Below, piece after piece: positions 9,820 to 19,894 of a stretch of 64,000 nucleotides of DNA. The DNA comes from a candidate division BRC1 bacterium HGW-BRC1-1 (GTDB lineage Bacteria > Sumerlaeota > Sumerlaeia > Sumerlaeales > Sumerlaeaceae): assembly GCA_002842095.1 (NCBI GenBank), contig PHCB01000006.1:206044-270043 (forward strand), given 5' to 3'. The notes beneath the pieces were generated by a model. It made no database searches. It had not been told where the DNA came from and saw only the letters and a list, made by a program, of their open reading frames with translations. Positions within the stretch are counted from its first letter, which is position 1; every line of letters starts with the position of its first letter. The position numbers were made by a program, and so were the translations under genes.

Positions 9820-11397
9820 CTACTGTTTTTTCTCCGCATCCTTCTCTTTATCCAGAATCAGCACTGCGTCGTCGAAGCTGATTGGTTGCGGCGCCGCCAT
9901 TAGCATGCCGGTCAACGTGTAACGAAAATCGTCGCGGGTGCCATCCTGACTATCGCGGCCGGGGGCTATCAACACGCCTCCGTCCACGCTGGAGATGAGG
10001 AAATCATTCCCCCACTCATCTTTGGTTTCCTCCGCCGACAATACGTTTTTCGCCCGCAGGTCCCGCACGGTCATCGATGCCGACCGATCCTCCAAGTTTC
10101 GCCGATAGTCGATGATCTTGTTCAGGGTCGATTCCATGCGTCGTTTCGTGCCATTGACCCGTTCGGTATCCAGAGCCACCAGATCGTCTGGTTTCAGGGG
10201 TTTGGCTTCACCCTTGCGCCCGAAGGCACCCACGATTACCTGCGCCATCCACGACGGCTCTCCCCGTTCGGATGCGTGTTGAGCCTGCAGAAAACTTCCG
10301 CCCGCAATTATCAGAATCACTATGCCCACCAGCGTCAGCAGCACCACTTTGGCTTTCGGCGTGGGCGTTTCAGCGTCGGGCATTTCAGCCACGCTCACGT
10401 TCACAAACCCTTCCGTGAGGTAGGACGACGGCTGGTGTCCATCTTTGCCAACGGTGCCCTCGCTGGATTCCTGCGTAAGGCGGCGTTGTTCCTTCGCCAG
10501 ACGGTGCAGCTTGGCCGCTTCCAGGTTGCGGATCAGGCCCTCGTAGTTCTGATAGCGCTCGCCGGGGTCCTTGGCCATCATGCGCATGATGATTTCGCTC
10601 ACATCGCCGGGCACTTCCGGGTTGATGAGGTAGGGCGCCATGAGGGGCGTGTTCACGTGCTTCATCATGATGCTCATGGCAGAGTCGCCATCGAAGGGGG
10701 GCTGGCGTGTAACCAGCTCATAGAACGTGGCGCCGAGGGAATAGATGTCGGAGCGGTGATCGACCGACCGCGCCAGAGCCTGCTCGGGTGAGATGTAGCG
10801 GGGTGTGCCCACCACCATCCCGGTGGCCGTGAGAAAGGTTTTGTCGAAGATAGATTTCGCCAGTCCGAAGTCGATGATCTTCACTGTATCGCTGGGCGTG
10901 ACCACCAGGTTGCCGGGTTTGATGTCCCGGTGGATGATCGACTTGCGGAAGGCGGCCTCCAGCCCCTTGGCCACCTGAATCATGTAGTCACACAGGGTTG
11001 AATAGGGCAGCTCATCGCGGGCATTGCCCATGGCTTCCATCGACACCCCCTGGATGTACTCCATCACAATGAACGGGTTCTTCTCCTCGTCATACTCGAG
11101 GCCGTACATGCGGGCAATGTTGGGATGGTCGAGATCGGCGGCGGCGCGGGCTTCACGTTCGAAGCGCTTCAGAGTTTCGGGATCGGCATCCGTGGCCGCA
11201 TCTACCAGTTTCAGAGCCACCGTGCGCCCGTTTCGCGTATCCAGCGCCTTCAGCACTTCTCCCATTCCACCACGGCCCAGCACCGCCTGAACCTGATAAA
11301 ACCCGATGACGCGGTCTTGTCCGTCAGCGCCATCGTTGGCATCGGGGTACCCTGCGCCGCTTGTGAGTTTCAGTTCTTCGGGAGTGAATTCGTTCAT
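9820..11397 (-). CDS. Hanks-type Ser/Thr protein kinase, single TM, extracytoplasmic GspG-like domain
   Basis: LGRGGMGEV, VALK, HRDIKPGN, DFG, GTPRYISPE; TM at about aa 352-371; C-terminal DEWGN...APGRD..DGTRDD. Confidence 0.92.
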   Translation of the reverse strand: MNEFTPEELKLTSGAGYPDANDGADGQDRVIGFYQVQAVLGRGGMGEVLKALDTRNGRTVALKLVDAATDADPETLKRFEREARAAADLDHPNIARMYGLEYDEEKNPFIVMEYIQGVSMEAMGNARDELPYSTLCDYMIQVAKGLEAAFRKSIIHRDIKPGNLVVTPSDTVKIIDFGLAKSIFDKTFLTATGMVVGTPRYISPEQALARSVDHRSDIYSLGATFYELVTRQPPFDGDSAMSIMMKHVNTPLMAPYLINPEVPGDVSEIIMRMMAKDPGERYQNYEGLIRNLEAAKLHRLAKEQRRLTQESSEGTVGKDGHQPSSYLTEGFVNVSVAEMPDAETPTPKAKVVLLTLVGIVILIIAGGSFLQAQHASERGEPSWMAQVIVGAFGRKGEAKPLKPDDLVALDTERVNGTKRRMESTLNKIIDYRRNLEDRSASMTVRDLRAKNVLSAEETKDEWGNDFLISSVDGGVLIAPGRDSQDGTRDDFRYTLTGMLMAAPQPISFDDAVLILDKEKDAEKKQ

Positions 11398-11553
11398 GAA
11401 ATAGCCGTGTTCCCGCTGCTTGCCAGAGGCCAGCCGCTATGATGATGAGATGCGCGTTGAGGGAGGAGGCACACTAACATCTCCTCCACACAATTTCGTC
11501 ACCGTGATCATGGAAAGGAATGAATCCTGAATCAAAGCAATTCCGACGGCAGA

Positions 11554-12576
11554 TTACAAAAAATTAGCCTTTGCAGCGGTGATCGCTATCACGTTTTCGA
11601 TGTCATCCACAGAGCATCCGCGCGACAGATCGTTCACGCTTTTCGCCAGACCCTGCAACACGGGCCCGATGGCTTCGGCCCCCGCGAGGCGTTGCACCAG
11701 TTTGTAGCTGATGTTGCCGGCATTGAGGTCGGGGAAAATGAGAACGTTTGCCTGCCCCGCCATGGACGATCCCGGAGCCTTGCGCTTGCCGATGCTCTCA
11801 ATGAGGGCGGCGTCGGCCTGCAATTCGCCGTCGCATTTGAGGTCGGGGCGAAGCTGGTTGACCAACTCGGCGGCCTCGCGCATGCGCGTCACGCTTGCGT
11901 GGGCGGCGCTGCCCTTGGTGGAGAAACTGAGCATGGCGATGCGCGGTTCGTAGCCGAGCAACTTCTGCATCATCTCCGCCGTGGCAATGGCGATGTCGGC
12001 CACCTGTTCTTTCGTCGGCTCAATCACCACCGCGCAATCGGCGAACATCATCACGCCCTGCTCGCCCAACGGGCAGTCGGGCACCACCATGACGAAATGG
12101 CTGGATACGGTTTTGATGCCGGCTTGCATGCCGATGCACTTGATGCTCGCCCGCAACACATTGCCCGTGCTGTTCACGGCACCGGCGGTCATGCCGTCGC
12201 CATCGCCCCGGGCCACGGCCTCGGCGGCAAAATAGAGGGGGTCGCTCATCACCTTGATGGCGTCTTCAGACGTCAGGTTTTCCTTGGCCCGCTTGGTGCG
12301 ATAGCTCTCCGCCATTTTGGACAGAAGGCTTTCGTCGGCGCGCGGGTCAACCAATTCCAGGGGGGTGATGTTCAGATTTTCGCCCTCAGCGATCGCCTCC
12401 ACTTTGGCGCGTTCGCCCACCAGCACCGGCAGCGCGAAACCCTTGCGTGCAACGGCAAGGGCAGCCTTCAAAGTGCGAACATCGTCGCCCGCCTCGGGCA
12501 GGTACACGCGCCGTTTCTTAACGGATGCGAGGGCGTAAATCTTCTCCTGAACAGCTTCAAGTCGGGTAGTCATCAT
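11554..12576 (-). CDS. pta: Phosphate acetyltransferase
   Basis: LPE, FADCAV..P, AMLSFSTKGSA, DGELQADAA, ANVLIFPDLNAGNISYKLVQR, NDLSRGCS. Confidence 0.95.
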   Translation of the reverse strand: MMTTRLEAVQEKIYALASVKKRRVYLPEAGDDVRTLKAALAVARKGFALPVLVGERAKVEAIAEGENLNITPLELVDPRADESLLSKMAESYRTKRAKENLTSEDAIKVMSDPLYFAAEAVARGDGDGMTAGAVNSTGNVLRASIKCIGMQAGIKTVSSHFVMVVPDCPLGEQGVMMFADCAVVIEPTKEQVADIAIATAEMMQKLLGYEPRIAMLSFSTKGSAAHASVTRMREAAELVNQLRPDLKCDGELQADAALIESIGKRKAPGSSMAGQANVLIFPDLNAGNISYKLVQRLAGAEAIGPVLQGLAKSVNDLSRGCSVDDIENVIAITAAKANFL

Positions 12577-12767
12577 GAGGGCCTATCATGCAGGTGAAAG
12601 TGAGGGTTTCAACCAGTTTTAAGGGCGCGAGAAGATGCACATATGTTTCATGTGTGGGAGACAGTGGTGACGTAAGGGAATGGGTCGCGCGTGCAGCACA
12701 CGGTGCAGGGTGGCGGTGGATGGTGCCGGTTGTGCGGCACCGTCACAATCCTTCGGAGGAATCTCCC

Positions 12768-12980
12768 ATGGTCAAAATACTGCTGGTCCTGCGCAAATTT
12801 TTCGCCAGTGCGCGCACGTTTATTTTTCTCAGCACCATCATCAGCGGTGCGGCGGCGTTGCACATCCTCAACCAGCAACAGGCCGACGCGCTACTGAAGG
12901 CGGCGGTCGAAATCGGCATCGCGTTCTTCGGCAGCACCTGGACCTACAGCGTAGGCCGGCGCGACATCGGCCAGCCCTAA
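12768..12980 (+). CDS. Small 70-aa two-TM protein (holin-like architecture)
   Basis: GGAGGA RBS at 12755-12760; two hydrophobic segments and a charged C-terminus (GRRDIGQP). Confidence 0.6.
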   Translation: MVKILLVLRKFFASARTFIFLSTIISGAAALHILNQQQADALLKAAVEIGIAFFGSTWTYSVGRRDIGQP

Positions 12981-12993
12981 CGCCTTTCCCGTT

Positions 12994-13021
12994 GTGGGAC
13001 CGGCCTCCTCGCCGGTTCCAC
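12994..13021. repeat. GTGG-headed palindrome (REP-like or terminator)
   Basis: GTGGGACCGGC-CTCCTC-GCCGGTTCCAC, 11-bp stem with one G-T pair, just after the small gene. Confidence 0.65.
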
Positions 13022-13047
13022 TGGGAACGCTTTGTGGTGACCGATGA

Positions 13048-13125
13048 GGGCACACACGCAGGTCCGCCCCTACAAACGACGGATGCTCCCTCACGCATCG
13101 TAGGGGCGAACCTATGTGTTCGCCC
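13048..13125. repeat. Inverted doublet of GTAG-type REP palindromes (REPIN-like)
   Basis: 13048-13073 (minus: GTAGGGGCGGACCTGCGTGTGTGCCC) and 13100-13125 (plus: GTAGGGGCGAACCTATGTGTTCGCCC). Confidence 0.85.
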
Positions 13126-13306
13126 AATCGCATGGGTGTTGGACTTCTTATAGATTTGGGGCTATCAGCAATCCGGCTGTTCCCTGAATCCCACCCGTCC
13201 CCCTTGGTATTTTTAACTGTCGATCCCAATATGTTTCCATATACTGGGGGCAGATGAAAACAGAGGCACCCGGTGGAGGTTGCAAGCCAACAGTTTGAGC
13301 GAAACC

Positions 13307-14398
13307 ATGGAACAAGTCATCGAACTCAGCCAGTCTGAGTTGCTCGATTTTTGCGGGACCAACGATGAAAAATTGCGTGAAATTGAAACGCAATTCGGCA
13401 TTCGCATCATTCCCCGGGGCACCACGCTCAAGCTCCTCGGCACACCGGCAGAGGTGGGCCGCGCTACGAACCTCATCCAGAGCCTCGTTTCCTTTCAGCG
13501 CGGCAATCAATCGCTGAACAAGAAACAACGCCGCTACGCCATGGACAGCATCCGCGAAGACCGCGGCGAAGACCTGCGCCGCATCTTCAACGACCGCGTG
13601 GACATGCCCCACCGCCGCCGTCCGGTCTCTCCCATGACGGCGGGCCAGAAGCGTTATCTCGACGCCATCCGTTCCCACGATATCGTGTTTGGTATCGGCC
13701 CGGCGGGCACGGGAAAAACCTATCTGGCCATGGCCATGGCCGTGCATTACCTCATGAACAACCTCGTGCGGCGCATCATCCTGGTGCGCCCGGCTGTGGA
13801 AGCCGGCGAGAAACTGGGGTTTCTGCCGGGCGATATAGCCGCAAAATTTGACCCGTTTGTGCGCCCGCTGTACGACGCCCTGCAGGACATGATCGAGCCC
13901 GAGCACACACAGGCTCTCATCGAGAATGGCACCATCGAGATCGCGCCCCTGGCCTTCATGCGCGGGCGGACGCTGAACAATGCTTTCATCGTGCTCGATG
14001 AGGCTCAGAATACCACCCCTGAGCAGATGAAGATGTTCCTCACCCGCCTTGGCTACGACAGCAAAGCCGTGGTAACCGGCGATGTGACGCAGATCGACCT
14101 GCCCACCGGACGCGTCTCGGGTCTGGTGCATGTGCAGAATGTTTTGCAGAACGTGGAAGGCATTCGCTTCGTCGCGTTCGACGAAGGCGACGTTGTGCGC
14201 CACGAACTGATTCAGCGTATCGTGCGAGCGTACGAGAAGGCCGACCGCAATAATTCCCAACAGACCGAACTGCCGCTGACCACCGATCCCAGCCCGGCCC
14301 GGGACCGCGTAGCTTCAACGATGACAGATGTCGATGAGGATAACGCACAAACCACCGCCCCCGTGACGTCTTCCCCCTCGACGTTTCCGCTTGAGTAA
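13307..14398 (+). CDS. phoH: PhoH family ATPase (KH + P-loop)
   Basis: GPAGTGKT, RPAVEAGEKLGFLPGD, FMRGRTL, DEAQN, GDVTQIDL. The start could instead be an upstream TTG (13280 or 13295). Confidence 0.95.
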   Translation: MEQVIELSQSELLDFCGTNDEKLREIETQFGIRIIPRGTTLKLLGTPAEVGRATNLIQSLVSFQRGNQSLNKKQRRYAMDSIREDRGEDLRRIFNDRVDMPHRRRPVSPMTAGQKRYLDAIRSHDIVFGIGPAGTGKTYLAMAMAVHYLMNNLVRRIILVRPAVEAGEKLGFLPGDIAAKFDPFVRPLYDALQDMIEPEHTQALIENGTIEIAPLAFMRGRTLNNAFIVLDEAQNTTPEQMKMFLTRLGYDSKAVVTGDVTQIDLPTGRVSGLVHVQNVLQNVEGIRFVAFDEGDVVRHELIQRIVRAYEKADRNNSQQTELPLTTDPSPARDRVASTMTDVDEDNAQTTAPVTSSPSTFPLE

Positions 14399-14440
14399 CC
14401 ATCGCTGTGCGGCCAGTCAATTATCTGGCTCAACGACTCC

Positions 14441-16726
14441 ATGGCAAACATCCTGAAAGCTTGGTCCCGGCAGCGTAAACGGGACCCCAACGAGGCGAAA
14501 CAGTCGCACCCCTCCCGCAGCCGATGGCGGCGGGCAGGTACGTGGGTGACTCTACTGTTGGTATGGGCCTGTATGGTCCTGCTCATTTCGCCCATGTTGG
14601 ACCGTCACCCTGATCTTCCCCGGCTCGACAGCGTGTGGAATGACCCGACTGTGGTGGCTCCGTTCGATCTGCTGGTGAGGGACGACACGGAAGCCGAGGC
14701 GGCACTGACCGACGACTCCCGCGCTCGCAAGGTTTTTACCTACGATCCGACTGCCGAAGCGGAAGCCCAGGCAGAGGCTACCACCCTCCTGAAAAACGCC
14801 CGCGAGGCCCGCTCGGCCAACCAACCGCCCGCCGCTTTCCATCGCGATGTGGTAAACCGCCTTGGGCTGGCCATCCGCCGCGACACGGCCGAGGTGCTCA
14901 TCTCCACGGCCAACAACCAGCGCACCGCTGTTGATCTTTCGGCGCTTCTGCGCCAACTTTTTGTGTTGCGTGGCATCAGCGCCGACAAACCGCTGCTGGA
15001 AGACGCCGCCGCCCACAAGCGCCTCAGCATTGTGGGCATGCTCAACCAAACCACCAGCGGACCGGTGGTGGCAAAGGTTCTCGCCTTTCCGGGCGAGGCT
15101 GCGGAATTCATACGTGGGCCGCTGGTGGAGTCCATAGAACTTTCGCCGCTGGTGCGTCAAGCCTACGCCGACATCATTACCCAACTCGTTCGACCCAACA
15201 TTTCCTTCAACCACGATGCGACCCTCGCCCAGCGCAAGGCGCTTGCGGCATCCCTGGTGAAAATGGTGCCGTTGGAAAAAGATGCCGTCATCGCCAAGAC
15301 CGGCGATGTTATCACGCGGTTTCAGGCAGCGGCTTTTTCGGCCATTTATCAAAGTCAGCTCGCCAACACGCTCATGCGTATCACGGCCAATGCGCTCCTC
15401 GCAGCGGTTCTCCTGGTTTTCATGATTCAATACACGCGTTCTTATCGAAAGAACCTCACCGCCACCTCGCGCAATGTGCTCATGGTGGGCATTCCGGTAT
15501 TGCTGGCGCTGGCGGCGGGTCGCTTCGCTTACAACCTCGATGGCACCAACCCGGTTCTCGCGTTCCTTTTCCCGGCCGGCATGGTGGCCATGTTGGGAAC
15601 CATACTCTTCGGCTCGCGTTTCGCGCTCATTCTCACCACCCTGTCCAGCCTGCTGCTGGGCATCCTCACCGACTACTCGCTGCAATGGACGCTGATTGCG
15701 CTGCTGGGCGGATGGACGGCCATCGGCGGGCTTTACAATATTCGTGAGCGGCGCGAGGTTCTGATGGCCGGCGTGCGTTTGTCGCTGATCAACTGCGTCG
15801 TCATCACCGCGGTGGGCCTCTCGGTGTTTCCCACTGTTCTCGGGGTTCAGGCGTACTTCGCTGCCGTGCTCAACGGTCTCGCATGTTACGTGCTCACCAT
15901 CGGCATGCTGCCCATTTTCGAGACGCTCTTCGGCATCACCACCGATGTGCGCCTGATGGAACTCACCAGCACCAACCACCCGCTCCTGAAACAACTTCAA
16001 GAACGCGCCCCCGGCACTTTCCAGCACGTTCTCAGCGTGACGAAACTGGCCGAGCAGGCCGCCGATGCGATCGGGGCAAACTTCCTGCTGGTGCGCGCCG
16101 GAGCGTACTTCCACGACACCGGCAAAATGGTGAAACCGAAGTACTTCACCGAGAACCAGGTCACGCCCGAAGAGCGCCGCATTCACTCGAAATTAACGCC
16201 CTACATGAGCACGCTCATCATCAAGAACCACGTGAAGCAGGGCATGGAGATTGCCAGGAAGCACCACCTGCCGCAGAAGGTTGTGGATTTCATTCCGCAG
16301 CATCACGGCACGTCGCTCATCAAATATTTTTACATGCAGGCCAAGGAACGCAGCGATCTGGGTGAGTTCCCGGAGGATGAATTCCGCTACCCCGGCCCGC
16401 GTCCGCAAACGCGCGAGGCGGCCATCGTCATGATCGCCGACAGCGTGGAAGCTGTGGCCACCGCCAAGCTGAACAAACCGGTCATTACCGAGGACGACGT
16501 GCGCAAGCTCGTGCTCGATACCGTCATGGAGAAATTTGGCGACCATCAATTCGATGAAGCGAACATGACCATGCGCGATCTGCACAAGATTACCGAGAGC
16601 TTCATTGCCAGCCTGATGGGGCGCTACCATCACCGCATTGATTACCCCACGCCGGAGAAGCGGGAGACGCGCGACGTCACCTATGCCGAGCCCCGCGTGG
16701 AGGCTCCGGTTTCCGTCGCTCGCTGA
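14441..16726 (+). CDS. 7TM-HD phosphohydrolase (YqfF/PgpH-like, putative cyclic-dinucleotide phosphodiesterase)
   Basis: Large extracytoplasmic domain, 7 TM, APGTFQH, YFHDTGK, YFTENQ, HHGT, YPGPRPQ, ADSVEA; follows phoH as in the conserved cluster. Confidence 0.9.
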   Translation: MANILKAWSRQRKRDPNEAKQSHPSRSRWRRAGTWVTLLLVWACMVLLISPMLDRHPDLPRLDSVWNDPTVVAPFDLLVRDDTEAEAALTDDSRARKVFTYDPTAEAEAQAEATTLLKNAREARSANQPPAAFHRDVVNRLGLAIRRDTAEVLISTANNQRTAVDLSALLRQLFVLRGISADKPLLEDAAAHKRLSIVGMLNQTTSGPVVAKVLAFPGEAAEFIRGPLVESIELSPLVRQAYADIITQLVRPNISFNHDATLAQRKALAASLVKMVPLEKDAVIAKTGDVITRFQAAAFSAIYQSQLANTLMRITANALLAAVLLVFMIQYTRSYRKNLTATSRNVLMVGIPVLLALAAGRFAYNLDGTNPVLAFLFPAGMVAMLGTILFGSRFALILTTLSSLLLGILTDYSLQWTLIALLGGWTAIGGLYNIRERREVLMAGVRLSLINCVVITAVGLSVFPTVLGVQAYFAAVLNGLACYVLTIGMLPIFETLFGITTDVRLMELTSTNHPLLKQLQERAPGTFQHVLSVTKLAEQAADAIGANFLLVRAGAYFHDTGKMVKPKYFTENQVTPEERRIHSKLTPYMSTLIIKNHVKQGMEIARKHHLPQKVVDFIPQHHGTSLIKYFYMQAKERSDLGEFPEDEFRYPGPRPQTREAAIVMIADSVEAVATAKLNKPVITEDDVRKLVLDTVMEKFGDHQFDEANMTMRDLHKITESFIASLMGRYHHRIDYPTPEKRETRDVTYAEPRVEAPVSVAR

Positions 16727-16865
16727 TTCGCCGGCCGCGAGCGTTCGCAGTCACAAAATCATTTGCATATAGATGCCACAGCGCGTTGAACCGCTCCCTT
16801 GCCTTGAAACCACGAAAAGTCGTAACTCTGGCGTTTCAACCCCTTCGAAAGCAGCACATGTGAAA

Positions 16866-18266
16866 ATGAGCCAAAGAACTCCTCACCACTTCGTACCAGG
16901 CCCGACCTACGATGAAATGGCTAACCCCACGATTCTGCCTGCTCCGCTGCGTTCGGCGGCGGCCGCCGCCCGCGCCAACGAAATGGATCCGTTGAACCTG
17001 TTCAATATTAATTGGATTGGGTCCGACGACAAACCCCGCTGCGTGGTGCTGCCCAAATGTCTCACGCGCACGCGGGCGAACATCGTGGTCATGCTGGGTC
17101 GAGGGTTCCCCAGTGGCTCGCACAAGGTGGGCCCCGCCTATGCCACCATGGCCGAGAGCGAAGTGCTCGACATGGTGCGCCCCGACATGATCATGGTCGG
17201 CCCCTCCACGGGTAACTTCGGCATAGGCACCGCATACGTTTCGAACCTGAAGGACTACCCGTGCCTGGTGGTGATGCCCAAGGGCATGAGCCTGGAGCGC
17301 TATGAGCGCATCCGCAAATATGGCGGCGAACTCGACCTCACCCCCGGCACCGAGGCGGACGTCTGTCTGGTGCTCGACCGTGTGATGGAAATCCGCAAGA
17401 ACCCGAAACTTTTCGTGCTCGCGCAATTCGAGCTGATGCCCAACTACCGGTTCCATCGCCATGTGACCGGCCGCGCCTGTCTGGAAGCGGTGAAGGGTGT
17501 CGGCAACGGTGGTGTGGCGGCATTTGTCAGTGCTCCCGGCAGTGCAGGCACGCTGGCTGCCGCAGATGCCATCAAGGCGGTGCATCCCGGCGCGTTCACC
17601 GTGGCAGTGGAGCCGAAGGAATGTTCCACGCTCTACAACGCTGGCACGGGCCAGCACCGCATCGAGGGAATCGGCGACCAGATGGTCGTGCTCATTCACA
17701 ACGTGGGGCTGACCGATTACGTCATGACCATCCACGATGACGAGACCGTAAAGGGTCTGAAGGTGCTTCATGATGGCGCAGAGATGCTGCGTCGCACCTG
17801 TGGCGAAGGGCCGTGGGAATGCCTCGCGGAAGTTATCGGCATTTCGGGCGTGTGTAATATCCTCGGAGCCATCCGCACCGACCGGCACTTGAACCTTGGC
17901 GAGGATGACAACATCGTCACCATCGCCACGGACGGCTTCGACCGTTACCCCAGCGTGATGACCGACTTGGAGCGACGCGTGGGCGTCACCATCACCGAGG
18001 GCATGTTGGAAGATTGGTACGGCGATATTTATCAGCATTACTCGCCCGATGATTTTCTGGACCTGCGCCCGGCGGCCCAGCAGCAGCGTCTGTTCGAGCA
18101 GAAGGAAACCGTGTGGACCCGCTACGGCTACACGCGGGAATACCTCGATGAGATGCGCAGCCAGGATTTCTGGGAGAAGGAATACGGCCGTGTGCCCGAG
18201 ATGAACGACCGCATCAAAGAGTTCCGCTCGCAGCATCTCCCGCCCGACAACGACCTCGGCCTGTAA
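16866..18266 (+). CDS. PLP-dependent fold-type II enzyme (cysteine synthase/threonine synthase-like)
   Basis: SGSHKVG (PLP lysine), STGNFGIG, GSAGT, HRIEGIGD, TDGFDRY. Confidence 0.85.
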   Translation: MSQRTPHHFVPGPTYDEMANPTILPAPLRSAAAAARANEMDPLNLFNINWIGSDDKPRCVVLPKCLTRTRANIVVMLGRGFPSGSHKVGPAYATMAESEVLDMVRPDMIMVGPSTGNFGIGTAYVSNLKDYPCLVVMPKGMSLERYERIRKYGGELDLTPGTEADVCLVLDRVMEIRKNPKLFVLAQFELMPNYRFHRHVTGRACLEAVKGVGNGGVAAFVSAPGSAGTLAAADAIKAVHPGAFTVAVEPKECSTLYNAGTGQHRIEGIGDQMVVLIHNVGLTDYVMTIHDDETVKGLKVLHDGAEMLRRTCGEGPWECLAEVIGISGVCNILGAIRTDRHLNLGEDDNIVTIATDGFDRYPSVMTDLERRVGVTITEGMLEDWYGDIYQHYSPDDFLDLRPAAQQQRLFEQKETVWTRYGYTREYLDEMRSQDFWEKEYGRVPEMNDRIKEFRSQHLPPDNDLGL

Positions 18267-18351
18267 CGCCCGGACGCAAATGGCAGGTTGACCGCGCGCA
18301 TTCGGGTCGGGAAAACCAACCCATCAGAATAGCCGCACCCCGAGGAGCCGC

Positions 18352-18912
18352 ATGAGCAAGGAGCTGTATCTCAAGATCACGCGTCCGCAGAACGTATGCG
18401 TCAAATGTGGTGCGGCCATCAATCAGGAGGGTCGACACCCGTCAGCGATTTTTTCCTCATCAACCCCCTCGGCGGCCGGCAGCGAAGAGGACGAGTCGGT
18501 GCTGAGGCAGGATTTCTGCCCCGACTGCTGGCTGGAGGTTGTCGGCACAGACTATTACAGCTTCTGGCTGGCGAAACGCGAGCGCCCGAAAACGCGCAAG
18601 ATTCAGAACCGCAAAGAACGCAACATCACGATGCTGGCGTATTTTGATTATATGTACCAGCAGAACGATGCAGTGAACGCGCAGCATCTCTTTTTTCTGG
18701 CGCACCTTTTGATGAAGTTCTCGGTTTTCAAATGGGTGCGCACCGAGCCTGCGGTGACTGCAGAAGGGCGCGAGCGCGTGGTATTTCGCAACGTGGTGAC
18801 GGACGATTACATCACCATCGAATCCGTCACCATGGACGAAGAGCGACTGGTGACCATCAAGCGCGAGATCGATGAATTCCTCGCGCGCGCTGTGATTGAA
18901 GTTCAGCCCTGA
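18352..18912 (+). CDS. Hypothetical protein with CxxC...CxxC putative zinc site
   Basis: GAGGAG RBS; CVKC and RQDFCPDCW. Confidence 0.75.
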   Translation: MSKELYLKITRPQNVCVKCGAAINQEGRHPSAIFSSSTPSAAGSEEDESVLRQDFCPDCWLEVVGTDYYSFWLAKRERPKTRKIQNRKERNITMLAYFDYMYQQNDAVNAQHLFFLAHLLMKFSVFKWVRTEPAVTAEGRERVVFRNVVTDDYITIESVTMDEERLVTIKREIDEFLARAVIEVQP

Positions 18913-18922
18913 GGGGCGGGCG

Positions 18923-19762
18923 TTAAACCTGAGCGGGTGGCTCGGGAGGCGGCTGCTGGATGGCCGGTTTTTGTGGTGCAGCTGTGTGAGGCGCGTCCAC
19001 CGTGGGCGATGTGTTCATCATGCTGGAGAAAGTTTTCATAATTTCCATGGGGAATGGGAAAACAATCGTGGATGATTTCTCGGCGGAGATTTCCACCAGC
19101 GTCTGCAGATAGCGCATCTGCATGGACATGGGGTGCGCGGCCATCATGTCGGCAGCCATGACCAGCTTTTCCGCTGCCTGATATTCGCCTTCGGAGGCGA
19201 TGACCTTGCCGCGGCGCTCGCGTTCGGCCTCGGCCTGACGGGCCATGGCGCGCTGCATTTCCTGGGGCAGGTCGACCTTCTTGATCTCCACGTGAGAAAC
19301 TTTCACGCCCCACGTATCAGTCTGTTTGTCGAGAATGCTCTGTAGCTCAACATTCAGCTTCTCGCGCTCACTCAACAGCTCATCCAACTCGCACTGGCCC
19401 AGCACACTGCGCAGCGTAGTTTGCGCCATCTGGCTGGTGGCGAACATATAATCCTCCACGGCGGTGATGGCGCTGTTGGGGTCGAGCACCTGGAAATACA
19501 CAACGGCGTTCACATGCACCGATACATTGTCGCGGGTGATGATGTCCTGCGGAGGAACGTCGAGGGTGATGATGCGCAGGCTGACGCGCACCATGCGGTC
19601 GATGGGAAAGTAGATCAGCACGAGGCCGGGGCCTTTGACATCTTTGACCAGGCGGCCAAGCCGGAATACCACGGCGCGTTCGTATTCGTTAAGAACCTGA
19701 AAGCACTTCGAGATATAAATAACGACCAGTACGATGATGACTAAAATTGCTTGAATTGGCAT
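18923..19762 (-). CDS. SPFH/band-7 stomatin-like (slipin) protein
   Basis: [54 protein letters not shown]; RBS before ATG 19762. Confidence 0.95.
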   Translation of the reverse strand: MPIQAILVIIVLVVIYISKCFQVLNEYERAVVFRLGRLVKDVKGPGLVLIYFPIDRMVRVSLRIITLDVPPQDIITRDNVSVHVNAVVYFQVLDPNSAITAVEDYMFATSQMAQTTLRSVLGQCELDELLSEREKLNVELQSILDKQTDTWGVKVSHVEIKKVDLPQEMQRAMARQAEAERERRGKVIASEGEYQAAEKLVMAADMMAAHPMSMQMRYLQTLVEISAEKSSTIVFPFPMEIMKTFSSMMNTSPTVDAPHTAAPQKPAIQQPPPEPPAQV

Positions 19763-19894
19763 GGCGCTGAGTTCCTCTCCGGACGGTTGTTTACCGTTTG
19801 CCATGCAATCAAAGGTTGAAGCCGGTGGCAAGAGAATCCGGACTCGCTCTTTTTTATGGCTGACAAAGCGATCGGTGCGGGGCAGGCGTGGGGT

